Part shown: piece after piece, positions 39,191-52,004 of the stretch
Layout: each line of letters opens with the position of its first letter
Position numbering within the stretch: position 1 is the stretch's first letter
Assembly (NCBI GenBank): GCA_051313645.2
Contig: JBNRSN020000010.1
Span: 114,638,001-114,702,000 of the forward strand
Reading direction: 5' to 3'
DNA from: Centroscyllium fabricii
Lineage: Eukaryota
Length of the DNA: 64,000 bases
Made by a program: the position numbers and the translations under genes
Notes under the pieces: model-generated
What the model was told of the DNA's origin: nothing
Databases searched by the model: none
What the model saw: only the letters and a program-made list of their open reading frames with translations

Positions 39191-39672
39191 AACGGAAACT
39201 GTAAGTAAAATAATGTACAGAAAGCAAAATAAAGAGAGAGAAAGAAAGATGGGATTAAGAGGGAGAGATAAGAGACAGAAAGAAAAAGTAAAATGTTTTC
39301 TCCAACAATAATTCAAATCTGTAGCAATGAGACTCCACACTTGAAAAGTAAATTTTCAGTGCCAGAGAGGTTGTTTGGCAGTAATTAAGACTTGTCACAG
39401 CGTTAAAAATTCACTTACACTTGAATGGGCTTTCTTTGGTGCGTATAGAGAGTATCTAGTGGGTAAGTACCGCAACTTCACGCCCTTCATGTGTTTTTGA
39501 ATGCCAAATCTCTTAGTGAGGTACTGTTAGAGCGAAGCTTGTGGAGGAACAGGGCAAATCGGACGGCAACTTCCTGATTTCTGCGTTTAACTGTGCATTT
39601 GCAGACGATTTACTCCATAATAACGGTGAGCGCTGATAGCCTCATCGTTATTCCTACCACAGAATCTGGGCC
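39190..39672. mobile_element. Second, partial copy of the 18027-18783 Harbinger-like repeat
   Basis: Colinear similarity to 18250-18783. Ends AGAATCTGGGCC. Confidence 0.7.
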
Positions 39673-40399
39673 TATATTATCCTTTTGATATCGGTTTGCT
39701 GAATAAAACAGAACAAAGGTCTAATGAATCAGTATGCTGACAGCAGTACAATCTTTTCTGTACTCGTACACTGGAGTTTACTTCAGACAAAGTAAATATT
39801 AACTACAAGTATCCAAGTTTTCAGCCTTACTTGTAATCATTCTCTACTCCAGTTCATTGCACACAATGACCTTCCTTTAACTGCTTAATACAGAATAGTA
39901 GTGCAAAGCCATCAACGATAAGGCTGCAATCTCTAAAGCATGCCTTAATGGTTGTCAAAATTGATTCTCCTGGTTTCCAACATGAAATATTATCACGTAG
40001 CCTCATAGAATTGATACTGATCACAGACCAGTGGTACATAACGCTGTCCTGGAGGATGACAGACCCAATATACGTCAACCTCAACATGATGGGTGCATAC
40101 TATTAAGATATCTTGTCTGTTGCATTTTTCTGAAGATACTTCTATCTTACTGAATATAACCAGCGATATAACTCAGGTTTGTAGGAAACCGACAGTTCCA
40201 GGTGATAATTGAATCAGTCCTGTACTGAAAGTTTCTTTACAGGAGTGGGAAACTGTCTTGCAAATACCGCTGACTATGTTCCAGAGTGAAAGATAAACCG
40301 TGTGAGAAGTTGAAAGCCTCACATTGATCAGAACACTATGTTTGTGCAGCACTGAATTCAGCCCGAGCAGGCAGCCAGGGAGCCAAATACAGTCACAGC

Positions 40400-40810
40400 T
40401 TAAGGCACGTAGAAACCAGCAAGACCCAAACAGAATAGGTTGGGACTCCAGACCCTATGGTAAATTTTAATGCATTCAGGACTTGATGTCAGATAAGCAG
40501 TACAGCAACAGTCCTGCAGTTAAAAGAGATAGGAAACAGCACATAGATATTAGCTGACCCCATGCTCGTGAATGATATAAGGGGATCCAGGGTGAAATCA
40601 TGTTGCACGCCCCAGGTGACCATGCAAGCACAGAATGAGAAATTGTTTGAGGCGCTGTAGTGACACTGCGTTGCGACAAATAGGTGTGGAACCATGGGAG
40701 TGTGATGGCACAAAGCTGCATCATGGATGAGAGACAGTGGTGCTGGCAGAAAAGTTGAGGACGACAAGAGACAGCAAGCCGGGGATGCAGTCACATAGGA
40801 CATTATTCAT
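40400..40810 (-). mobile_element. Highly decayed L2 RT relic
   Basis: 'LPWFHTYLSQR' and 'CLSDIKS*M' residual L2 RT motifs. Confidence 0.55.
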
Positions 40811-41120
40811 GATTTTGAGGTCAGCAGTTTAAACAATCAGCCATTAGGGGCAAGAATTTTGGTGTCATGCCCTCCCTAACCAAGAAAGCCAAGGTCAACT
40901 GCAGAGCCCCTAAGATCAGCCAACTTAACAACAGTTCCCAAACGTCCCTGTCTATAGGGCTCACCGAACCACTGAGGTAACCAACAGTAATTAAATAGTG
41001 ATGTAAAAGCTCTTCTACTCATGAACAAACTTTTTTTAAAGTCCAGCATAATTTAATGAGCAGCAGTGAACTTGTGTTTATTGGCGAGGGAGAAAGGAGC
41101 TGAATTTATGTGCTGCTCCG

Positions 41121-41324
41121 GAGACCAGCGAGAGCCGGATCTGGGGACCGAGCGGCGGAGATAAAAGGAGCGGAGAGCAGCGAGGCCCGAGACCAGCGAG
41201 AGCGGGATCTGGGGACCAAGTGGCGGAGATAAAAGGAGCAGAGAGCAGCGAGGCCCGAGACCAGCGAGAGCGGGATCTGGGGACCGAGCGGCGGAGATAA
41301 AAGGAGCGGAGAGCAGCGAGGCAC
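41121..41324 (+). repeat. 68-bp tandem repeat x3 in the CR1 5'UTR
   Basis: Units start at 41121, 41189 and 41257 (GAGACCAGCGAGAGCGGGATCTGGGGACCGAGCGGCGGAGATAAAAGGAGCGGAGAGCAGCGAGGCCC). Confidence 0.95.
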
Positions 41325-41329
41325 GAATT

Positions 41330-43000
41330 CAGCTATTTGGGAATTCAGGGAGGCCGTCGGTGTCCCTGACGACCATGTGTGCCGGAAATGCATCCAGCTG
41401 CAGCTACTATCAGGCCGCATTGAGGCACTGGAGCTGCGGATGGATGAGTTTTGGAGCATTCGCGATGCTGAGGGTTGTGGATAGCACGTTTAGTGAGTTG
41501 GTCACACCACAAGCAAAGGATGCACAGGCAGAAGGGAAATGGGTAGACCATCAGGCAGAGCAGTAGATGCAGGCAGGTAGTGCAGGGGACCCCTGTGGCC
41601 ATCCCCCTCTCAAACAGGTATTTGGATACTGTTGAGGGGGATGACTTACCAGGGGAAGGCATAAGCAGCCAACTTCCTGGCACCAGGCGTGCTTCTGCTG
41701 CTCAGGAGGGGAGGAAAAAGAGTGGGAGAGCAATAGTGATAGGGGATTCTATCATAAGGGGAACAGATAGGCGTTTCTGTGGCCATAGACGTGACTCCAG
41801 GATGGTTTGTTGCCTCCCTGGTGCCCGGGTCAAGGATGCCACTGAACGGCTGCAGGGCATTCTGAAGGGGGAGGGCAAACAGTCAGAAGTTGTGGTTCAC
41901 ATCTCTTCAACCTCTTCCTGAACGTCAGCAAGACTAAGGAGCTGATAGTAGACTTTGTGAGGAAGCAGGAGCGGTACTATAACTCTCTCACGATCGATGG
42001 AACCCCAGTAGACGATGAGTTATTTCAGATACCTCAGGGTCCATCTTTCTGATGACCTGACATGGTCCCTTCATATAGATACCTTGATGAAGAAGGCGCG
42101 GCAGCATCCTTACCATCTCAGAAGCCTGAGGAAATTTAGAATGTCCCCCCAAATACTAAACAACTTTTATAAATGTACTATTGAGAGTATCCTGTTGGGG
42201 AGCATCACCGCCTGGTATGGCAACAGCACTAAACAAGACCGTAGGGCCCTGCAGAGGGTAGTACGGTCGGCAGAACGTACCACCGGGGGTGCACTCCCTA
42301 ACCTGCAGGATATCTACACCAGGCAGTGCATGACTAAGGCTAAGAAGGTCATTAAGGATCCCAGTCGCCCGAACAACAGCCTCTTCTCTGCTACGGTCAG
42401 GAAAATGCTACCGCAGCATTAAGACGAACACAGAGAGGCTTAGGAGGAGCTTTTACCCCCAAGCCATCTCGATCCTAAATGAATACGCTGCCAAGGGTCG
42501 GCATACTGATGATTGAATGCCTTTTCTTCTTATAATTGCTAATTTATTATTTGTATTTATTGTTATCCGGAGAGCACAAACATGGACTAAGCATTTCACT
42601 GCACTTTGTACATGTATAATGATGTATGTGACAAATAAAGTAAACTTGAACTTGAAACTTGGTACCAACGACATGGGTAGGAAGAGGGATGAGGTTCTGC
42701 AACAAGAATTTAGGGAGCTAGGTGGAAGATTAAAAAGCAGGACCTCAAAGGTTGTAATCTCTGGATTACTCCCAGTGCCACGTGCTAATGAGGATAGGAA
42801 TAGTTGGATAGAGCAGATGAATGCGTGGCTAAAGAGTTGGTGCAGGAGGGAGGGCTTTAGTTTCTTGGATCACTGGGTCTGCTTCTGGGGAAGGTGGGAC
42901 TTGTACAAGTCGGACGGGTTGCACCTGAACCAGAACGGGACCAATATCCTTGCTGGGAGGTTTGCTAGAACTGTTGGGGGGTTCAAACTAACTTGGCAGG
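41330..43000 (+). pseudogene. CR1 ORF1 (zinc finger/leucine zipper + SGNH esterase), interrupted
   Basis: SGNH blocks GDS, PGA, GTND and DGLH are present. The ORF is split by the Rex1 insertion and a stop, and its N-terminus appears missing. Confidence 0.85.
41903..42657 (+). mobile_element. Rex1/Babar-type LINE 3' fragment nested in CR1 ORF1
   Basis: 'LNVSKTKELIVDF', 'DLTWS.H...KKARQ', 'IESIL..ITAWYGN', 'SFYPQAI'. Ends AATAAAGTAAACTTGAACTTGAA. Flanks rejoin as VVHI|GTND. Confidence 0.9.
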
Positions 43001-43109
43001 GGGATGGGATACGGAGTGGAACTATAGTAGGGGGTGATGCACAGCCAAATATAGAGGAAAAAACAAGTCAGCTTGGAAGGCAGAGCAAATATGTAACGGC
43101 ACAAGGGAG

Positions 43110-45860
43110 TAGGGCAAGGCTGGATGGCATTTATTTTAATGCAAGGAGCCTTGCGAATAAGGTGGATGAATTGAAGGTGTTGATGAACACATGGGAGTAT
43201 GATATTGTTGCTATCACGGAGACATGGTTGAGGGAGGGGCAGGACTGGCAGCTCAATATTCCGGGGTATAAAATCTCCAGGCGAGACAGAAGGGGTTGGT
43301 AAAAGAGGGGGGTGTCGCAATATTAATTAAGGAGTCAATTACTGCTGTAAGGAGGGATGATATATTAGCAGGTTCCTCTAATGAGGCCATATGGGTAGAA
43401 CTTAAAAACAAAAAGGGGGCAAGCACTTTGCTGGGAGTGTACTATAGGCCCCCAAACAGTCAGAGGGAGATTGAGATTTGCCTACATATCTGTTCCTCTG
43501 AGAAGTGTGCAAATAATAGTGGGGGATTTCAACTTCCCCAATATTAACTGGGATAGTCAGAGTGTGAAAGGCTTAGAGGGTGCAGAATTCTTAAAGTGCA
43601 TCCAGGAGAGCTTTTTGAGCCAGCATGTAGAAAGTCCTACAAGAGAGGGGGTGGTACTGGACCTAATTCTAGGGAATGTGGCCAGGCAAGTGGTAGAAGT
43701 GTTAGTGGGAGAGCACTTTGGTGACAGTGACCATAATTCTGTGAGATTTAAGGTAGTCATGGAAAAGGACAAAGAGGGACCGGAAATAAAGTTTCTAAAT
43801 TGGGGGAAGGCTGATTTTAATATGATAAGGCAGGATCTGGCCAAAGTGGACTGGGATCAGCTACTTGCAGGAAAATCCACATCAGAGTAGTGGGAGTCTT
43901 TCAGAAAGGAAATTGAGAGAGTACAATGGCAACATGTTCCTGTAAAAGTCAAGGGTGGGACCAACAAGCCCAGGGAACCTTGGATGTCAAGGGATATACG
44001 AAAATGGATTAGGAAAAAAGGGGGGCTTTTGGCAGATACAAAGGACTAAAGATAGAGGAAGCCCAAGAGGAGTATAAAAAGTGCAGGGGGATACTTAAAA
44101 AAGAAATTAGCAGAGCGAGGAGGGGCCATGAAATAACACTGGCGAGCAAAATAAAGGAAAATCCAAAGGTTTTTATAAGTATGTTAAGGGCAAGAGGATA
44201 ACTAGGGAAAGAGTAGGGCCCATTAGGGACCAAAGTGGCAATCTGTGCGTAGAGCCAGAAGATGTAGGTGGGGTTTTAAATGAATTTTTTGCATTTGTGT
44301 TCACGATGGAGAAGGACGATGTCGACATAGAAATCAGGCAGGGGGACTGTGATATACTTGAACAGATTAGCATCGAGAGGAGGTACTAGCGGTTTTAGCA
44401 GGCTTAAAAGTGGATAAATCCCCAGGCCCAGACGAGATGTATCCCAGGCTGCTGTGTGAGGCAAAGGAGGAGATTGTAGGGGCTCTGACACAAATTTTCA
44501 GAACCTCTCTGGATGTGCTAGAGGACTGGAGAACAGCTAACGTAGTACCATTATTCAAGAAGGGTAGTAGGAATAAACCAGGGAATTACAGGCCAGTGAG
44601 CCTAACATCAGTGGTAGAGAAACGATTGGAAAAAATTCTGAGGGAAAAATTAGACTCCACTTGGAGAGGCAAGGATTAATCATAGATAGTCAGCATGGCT
44701 TTGTCAAGGGAAGATCACGTCTGACCAATTTGATTGAATTTTTCGAGGGGGTGACTAGGTGTGTGGATGAGGGTAGTGCAGTAGATGTGGTATACATGGA
44801 TTTCAGTAATGCTTTTGATAAAGTCCCGCAAGGGAGACTGGTCAAGAAAGTAAGAGCCCATGGGATCCAGGTCACATTGGCATATTGGATCCAAAACTGG
44901 CTTAGTGGCAGAAGGCAGAGGGTGATGGTCGAAGGTTGTTTTTGCGACTGGAAGCCTGTGTCCAGTGGGATACCGCAGGGATCAGTGCTGGGTCCCTTGC
45001 TGTTTGTAATCTATATTAATGATTTGGATATGAATGTAAAAGGTATGATCAGTAAGTTCGCTGATGACACGAAAATTGGTGGGGTGGTAAATAGCGAGGA
45101 GGGAAGCCTCAGTCTGCAGGACGATATAGATCGGTTGGTCAGATGGGCGCAACAGTGGCAAATGGAATTTAACCCTGAAAAGTATGAGGTGATGCATTTT
45201 GGAAGGGCTAACAAGGCAAGGGAATACACAATGAATGGTAAGACCCTAGGAAAGACAGAGGATCAGAGGGACCTTGGTGTGCATGTGCATAGATCCCTGG
45301 AGGCAGCAGGACAGGTGGATAAGGTGGTTAAAAAGGCATATGGGATACTTGCCTTCATTAGCCGAGGCATAGAATATAAGAGCAGGGAGGTTATGATGGA
45401 GCTCTACAAAATGTTGGTAAGGCCACAGCTGGAGTACTGTGTGCAATTCTGGTCACCACACTATAGGAAGGATGTGATTGCTTTGGAGAGGGTGCAGAGG
45501 AGATTCACCAGGATGTTACCTGGGCTGGAGCGCTTCAGCTATGAAAAAAGACTGGACAGGCTGACGTGGTTTTCCTTGGAGCAGAGAAGGCTGAGGGGGG
45601 ACCTGATTGAGGTGTACAAAATTTATGAGGGGCATAGATAAGGTAGATAGAAAGGAATCTTTTCCCTTAGTAGAGGGGTCAATAACGAGGGGTCATAATT
45701 TCAAGGTAAGGGGCAGGAGGTTTAGAGGGGATTTGAGGAAGAACTTTTTCACCCAGAGGGGTGGTTGGAATCTGGAACTCACTGCCTGAAAGGGCGGTAG
45801 AGGCAGGAACCCTCAACATTCAAGAAGCATTTGGATAAGCACTTGAAATGACATAGCATA
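43110..45860 (+). pseudogene. CR1 ORF2 (APE endonuclease + reverse transcriptase), multiple stops/frameshifts
   Basis: ORF pieces 42517-43302 (end), 43296-43547, 43471-43890, 44410-44679, 44661-45641 and 45607-45789. Confidence 0.9.
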
Positions 45861-46019
45861 CAAGGCTACGGACCAAATGTTGGAAAGTGGGATTAGAATA
45901 GACAGGGCTTGATGGCCAGCACAGACACGATGGGCCGAAGGGCCTCTTTCTATGCTGTAAAACTCTATGACTCATGGTGAGGGTTATCAGTGCTGAAGAA
46001 TGAAGCATTTTGTCCACTT

Positions 46020-46340
46020 TTGTGATACAGCACAGCAAAACAGCTTTTACTCTGCCCCAACAATATGCTTTAACCCCAGCATCAGAAGAGCACCAACTAC
46101 CAATGTGAACTTTCTATTTCCAACAGCCTTATGGCCACTCAGTGAGACTGCCAATGTAGGTTTACCAATGCCAAATTATGGGCAGTTTTATGATGTGGAC
46201 CCTTAGCACTAGGTTGAGAGTGCAAAAACCAACTTCACATATCACTTCTATAGCCAACGTAGAAAGGAAACTTTTATCATCAATCTGGCTGGGTTTGAAT
46301 GTAGGTTTCCCAGGTAAAAGGGCAGTGTGATAATGCACTC
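46020..46340. mobile_element. Old SINE-like repeat (same family as 14290-14660)
   Basis: Shared AGTGAGACTGCCAATGTAGG and flanking blocks. Confidence 0.55.
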
Positions 46341-47184
46341 CGCTAGACCCCTTTCCCCAAAAACTATACACCTAAGAACAGACATAAAAACCCTCCATAA
46401 TAGTATACGATTAATACAGGGTACTTGTATTTATATACAAAATATGACAAAAACACAAAGTAATGGCAAAGCCAAAGCTGACTGGAAGCGGAAAATGTTT
46501 TTTGATCTTATGCAACAGACTAGTTTTGCTGTGAATAGCTTTTCCCCCCCATAAGCACACACAAAATCCCTTCAAAAATAAAGCCATTATCTGTAAAGAT
46601 AATAAAACTTTATTTGTACCTTTATTTCCAATAAATACATAAACTCATCTATCCATGTTTCTTATGGACATGGCACTCCATCTCCACTCCCAAAGCAAAA
46701 AAGCATGATTTTCCATCCCTGCAAACTCTAATTGATAGGCTGCCAGAAATACAAAACTCAACAAATGTTTAGCAAGGAGATGGCTAAGCAATACCCCTAC
46801 TTCTGGCCTCCATCAGTGATTGATGGTAGTTGAAAACCAACCAAAGCTTCCATGTTATAATTTCACAATATTCACAAGGAAGAATAAAGAAGCAGGGAAG
46901 GACATGACTGAAAAACAACCTATAACATGGGAAATGGAAACTCGTAATCACAAGTTTACCTCCTTTTCATAACTGAAAAGGCAGTAAACTGCTAGATGGT
47001 TTACAACCACATATTAAAAATACGTATATTAGACATGGAGGTAGGCAAAGTACATCATCAACCATTGTGGTTGAGAAAATTAAAAATGCAGGAAGTGTGC
47101 AGTAATATATACATAAAATATCTACATTGAGACAATAATCTGGAAAAAGTTATTGGCATTTGGAAAATTATGGGTTAATCATGA

Positions 47185-47805
47185 AAGTCATTCAAGAGAC
47201 AGAAAGTAGTGATGAACAGTTGTTTTTCAGTCTGGAGGGAAGTATATAGTGGTGTTCCCCAGGGGTCAGTATTAGGACCACTGCTCTTTTTGATATGTCC
47301 TGGACTTGGGTATACAGGGGATCATTTCAAAGTTTGCAGATGACACAAAACTCAGAATTGTAGTAAACAGTGAGGAGGATAGTAACAGTCTTCAGGAGGA
47401 GACATACAGACTGGTGAAATGGGCAGGCACATGGCAGATGAAATTTAACACAGAAGTATGAAGTGATACAGTTTGGTAGGAAGAATGAGGAAAGGTAACA
47501 TAAACTAAATGGTACAATTTTAAAAGGGGCTGCAGGAACAGAGAGAACTGGGGAAGTGTGTACACAAATCCTTGCAGGTGGCAGGATAAGTTGAGAAGGC
47601 CATTAAAAAAGCATATTGGATCCTTGGTTTTATTAATAGAGGCATAGAGTACAAAAGCAAGGAAGTTATGTTAAACCTTTATAAAGTACTGGTTAGGCCT
47701 CAGCTGGAGAATTGTGTTCATTTCTGAGCACCACACTTTAGGAAGGAAGTCAGGGCCTTGGAGAGGGTACAGAAGAGATTTACTAGAATGGTACCAGGGA
47801 TGAGG
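47185..47805 (+). mobile_element. Older CR1 RT fragment, left part
   Basis: GVPQGSVLGP, KFADDTK and LVRPQLENCV readings with many indels. Breaks at ATGGTACCAGGGATGAGG. Confidence 0.85.
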
Positions 47806-49507
47806 AATGTGCATTGGTAATAATTTTTCAAAACTCTCTGGACTCGGCAAAGGTTCCGGCAGATTGGAAAACTGCAAACGTAACGCCTTTATTTAAAAAG
47901 GGTAATAGACAGAAGGCTGGAAATTATAGACCAGTTAGCCTAACATCTGTGGTTGGCAAAATGTTAGAATCCATTATTAAGGAAACAGTAACAGGGCATT
48001 TGGATAAACATAATTTAATAGGACAAAGTCAGCATGGTTTTACAAAGGGGAAGTCATGTTTGACAAATTTGCTAGAGTTCTTTGAGCTCGTAACATATAG
48101 GGTGGATAAAGGGGAACCAGTGGATGTAGTGTATTTAGACTTCCAAAAGGCATTTGACAAGGTGCCCCACAAAAGATTATTACTCAAGATAAAAAATCAC
48201 AGGGTTGGGGGTAATATTCTAGCATGGGTGGAGGATTGGCTTTCTAACAGAAAACAGAGAGTTGGGATAAATGGTTCGTTCTCAGACTGGCAGTCAGTCA
48301 CTAGTGGTGTTCCGCAAGGGTCGGTGCTGGGACCACAACTCTTTACAATCTATATTAATGATTTGGAGGAAGGGACCAAGTGCAACATATCAAAGTTTGC
48401 GGATGACACAAAGATGGGAGGGAGGGTGATGAGTGAGGAAGACATTAAAAACCTGCAAAAGGACATAGATAGGCTAAGTGAGTGGGCAGAGATTTGGCAG
48501 ATGGAGTATAATACTGGAAAGTGTGAAGTTATGCACTTTGGCAGGAAAAATAATAGAGCGAGTTATTATCTAAATGGAAAGAAACTGGAAAGCACTTCAG
48601 TGCCAAGGGATCTGGGGGTCCTGGTGCAGGAAACACAAAAAGTTAATGTGCAGCAGGTGGTCAGGAAGGCCAACGGAATGTTGGCTTGTATTGCTAAGGG
48701 GATTGAGTATAAAAGTAGGGAGGTCTTGCTGCAGTTGTACAGGGTATTGGTGAGACCACACCTGGAATACTGCGTGCAGTTCTGGTATCCATATTTAAGA
48801 AAGGACATACTTGCTCTCGAGGCAGTGCAAAGAAGGTTCACTAGGTTAATACCGGGGATGAGGGGGCTAACATATGATGAGAGGTTGAGTAGATTGGGCC
48901 TCTACTCATTGGAGTTCAGAAGAATGAGAGGCGATCTTATTGAAACATATAAGATTGTGAGAGGGCTTGATCGGGTGGATGCGGTGAGGATGTTCACAAT
49001 GGTGGGTGAAACTAGGACTAGGGGGCATAATCTTAAAATAAGGGGCTGCCATTTCAAAACTGAGATGAGGAGAAACTTCTTCACTCAGAGGGTGGTGGGG
49101 CTGAGGAATTTGCTGCCCCAGAGAACTGTGGAAGCTACTACATTGAATAAATTTAAAACAGAGATAGACAGTTTCCTGGAAGTAAAGGGAATTAGGGGTT
49201 AAGGTGAGTGGGCAGGTAAGTGGACGTGAGGCTAGATTCAGATCGGCCATGTGATCTCCTGGACCCGTTTTCGATCGCCTAGATGGGTCGGAGAAGAATT
49301 TCCCAGGTTTTTTCTCCCAAATTGACCACTGGGTTTTTTATCTGGTTTTTCGCCTCTCCCGGGTGATCACATGGGTTTGGGCGGGATGGAGAGTAAAAAT
49401 AAAATTGAGGTTAGGATCAGATCAGCCATGATCTTGTTGAATGGCGGAGCGGGCTCGAGGGGCCGATTGGCCTACTCCTGCTCCTATTTCTTATGTTCTT
49501 ATGTTCT
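47806..49507 (+). mobile_element. Young 5'-truncated CR1 nested in the older CR1
   Basis: Uninterrupted 462-codon RT frame (47814-49202), 3'UTR and (TTATGTTC)n tail at about 49490-49507. Confidence 0.92.
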
Positions 49508-49925
49508 TAAAAGCTGGGGGTTGTTCTCCTCAGAGCAGAGAAGGTGAAGAGATTTTAAAGAAATGTTCAAAATCATGAACGGTTTTGACAGAGTAAATAA
49601 GGAGAAACTGTTTACAGTGGTAGAAGCGTTGGTAACCAGAGGGCACGGATTTAAAGTGATAGGGAAAAGAACTAGAGGAAACATGAGGAAATTATTTTTT
49701 ACGCAGCAAGTTGTTGTGTTCTGGAATGCATTGCCTGAAAGGGTGATGGAAGCAGATTCAATATTAACTTTCAAAAGGGAATTGGATAAATACTTGAATG
49801 GAAAAAATACAGGGCTATGGAGACAGAGCCAGGGAGTGGGACTAATTGGATAGCTCTTTCAAAGAGCCGCACAGACATGATGGGCCGAAAGGACTCCTTC
49901 TGTGGTGTATTAATCTATGATTCCA
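49508..49925 (+). mobile_element. Older CR1, right part and 3' end
   Basis: Resumes AAGCTGGGG.TTGTTCTCC..GAGCAGAGAAGG and 'TRGHGFKV..FFTQ.VV..WNALP'. Tail ATCTATGATTC. Confidence 0.85.
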
Positions 49926-52004
49926 TGCAATAAAATAAAATATATAATTCTGCATTTGGAAATGCAGAAATTATATTTCCAGTTACAAGAACTATGGAAA
50001 AGGTTACATTACAAAGCAATTATTATGGTGACTGATTTCTTTACAAGAGATTAACCTGTCTTTTAACTTCCATAACTTTCAATTTTCATTTAATTAAAAG
50101 TGCACATCCTAGAGTTAAAAAAACTACTTGTTTTATGCATTTGGCAATGGATGAAGCAAGCATTTCATCATTAAAACGGCAGTGGATGAAAACATGGTCA
50201 GCATTGTTCATTGAATAACTAATGTCATAAACATACTCAGGATTGCTTAATACACTTTGCCTTGTTAGAATAGGGAAAGGCAATGAACAACTCTTTAATG
50301 GTGCAGCACAAACTAGCAAACACTCTACCACAGATAATGGAGTTGGTTTTATACAAGCCATTCTTTACAATTCGTGCCAGGCATAATTTTCCTGAACTCC
50401 TTCCAGCTGCCTGAATAACAGACAATTTTCAATCCATTTGTACCAGAAGCTGGTGAATAGCAGAGGGGGGGAAAAAGTAGACACTCTTGATCTCTGTGTT
50501 GGTTGAAAATCCCTGCATATTTCTGCCAATAACCCTTTTTTCCAATAATGAATCCATTGTGCTTTCAGCTGCAGTGCACTAGTCCACAAAAATACCACCT
50601 AGTCTTTACAATCATTCAAGCTCGAAAGTGCAGAGAAAGAATGCTCATATCTCAGTTGTACTCAATTACAATATTGACATTCCAAAATTTCAACTGAATT
50701 CAATAAGGAAGGTAAATGTAGCACTGTATACCTCTCTAGAAACATTTATTGAGGAACATATTTTAAATGATCATTTCCCTTATGCAACAGAGCTGTAGAA
50801 CAATGGATAGGTTGTTAAAGATCAGAATTCCATTTATTGAAAGTGAAAAAAGGTTACTCAACTATTTTATTTCAAAAAAGTGTCCTTTTAGCCATCTTCC
50901 AAACTGTACTGAGTAACAGTGCAAATTAAAAATCTCAGTTTGTGCAATCATCTTCATGGGTTAATTTTTAGCTTCCGCTAAATACATGGAAAATAGCCAA
51001 CTGAAGAATGATGGGAAATGAAAGCTTGCCAAGTACAAACTGCCAGCATTAAGCAGTCCTGACAGCTATGCTTCTTATAAACCTGGCAGCAGTTCAAAGT
51101 GCTTTTTCAATTGAAATGCTGGAACCTTGCCATGTGCATACAGATTTGCTTTGCCTCTTCTCATAAGGAACTGATAAATGCCGTTATGGTAACCATAGAA
51201 ACAGAAGGATATCAGAATGGCCTTGTGATCTAGTCTCCTGTCTCTGGTTTTGAGAAACAAAAAAACACTATTGAGTCCACTACTATTATGTGTTTCCACA
51301 ACACTTATATATAGCGTTAGAAAGGCTTAAAGTCAGACATCATCGATGGCTTTGCAGCTGGAGGATATATGCTCAGTTAATTCCTATTAAGGGAAAAACT
51401 ATTGCTGTGAATGTGCAGCTAATTCATTTTTTTTTACCTGGACCTCTCTGGATGTCTGCCTGCAGTTGTCATGGCAACATTGGTCTTCTCTACAGCATCT
51501 GTCTCAATTGCTGGAGTTTCCTGATCATTTAGAATCTCTTCCAAAAAATTCCTATTTCCTATAGTTGCAGAGAGAAAAACAAAGTTGCTGTTACCTGCAC
51601 AATTTGTTTAAGTAAACAAATAATCTATTTGCTCCAATCATATGTAAATCTAGGTCAGGGCACGCGAGATACAATAAATGGAAACAAACCCTAAAACATT
51701 GTTTAAATTACTAGCTCTAACCACATGAATTTGGCATGAAAATCCAAATGACATATAATCTTTAATATAACTGCAGCAATTTTAAGGCAATTCACTTCAA
51801 CAGAAGCCACTCAAGACCACCTTAAATATAACTGCAATCAGTGCAAAGTGAACATTAAAAGAATTACAAGTGGTCCATTGTTTTAGACACTGTAGCATTA
51901 GCAAAAAGTTGAGTATGCAGTGTGCTGCTTTCATTGACCAAGGATAGATGCAGAGCTAACAGTATAACTCAATGCTGTCAGCTCATGGGGCTTTGGGTTC
52001 AAAG

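Larger units (their letters stand above)
41119..45975 (+). mobile_element. Near full-length CR1 LINE (5' tandem repeats, ORF1 esterase, ORF2 APE+RT, 3' tail), decayed
   Basis: ORF1 'CRKCIQLQLL..LE', 'IVIGDSIIRG', 'GTND', 'DGLHLN'. ORF2 'YFNARSL..ITETWL', 'GDFNFP', 'DSDHN', 'QHGF', 'PQGSVLGP', 'FADD'. Tail GGGCCGAAGGGCCT..CTCTATGACTC. Confidence 0.95.

Noticed and set aside
41121-41324. Repeat array as CRISPR or ncRNA cluster
   Set aside because: Head-to-tail 68-bp monomers at the 5' end of a CR1, with no spacers.
42517-43302. 261-aa ORF with signal-peptide-like N-terminus and esterase domain
   Set aside because: Accidental fusion of the Rex1 3'UTR to the remainder of CR1 ORF1.
40847-46016. 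Old MITE possibly split by the full-length CR1 (GGGGCAAGAATTTT ... CATTTTGTCCA)
   Set aside because: Terminal match is too degenerate to support without an alignment.
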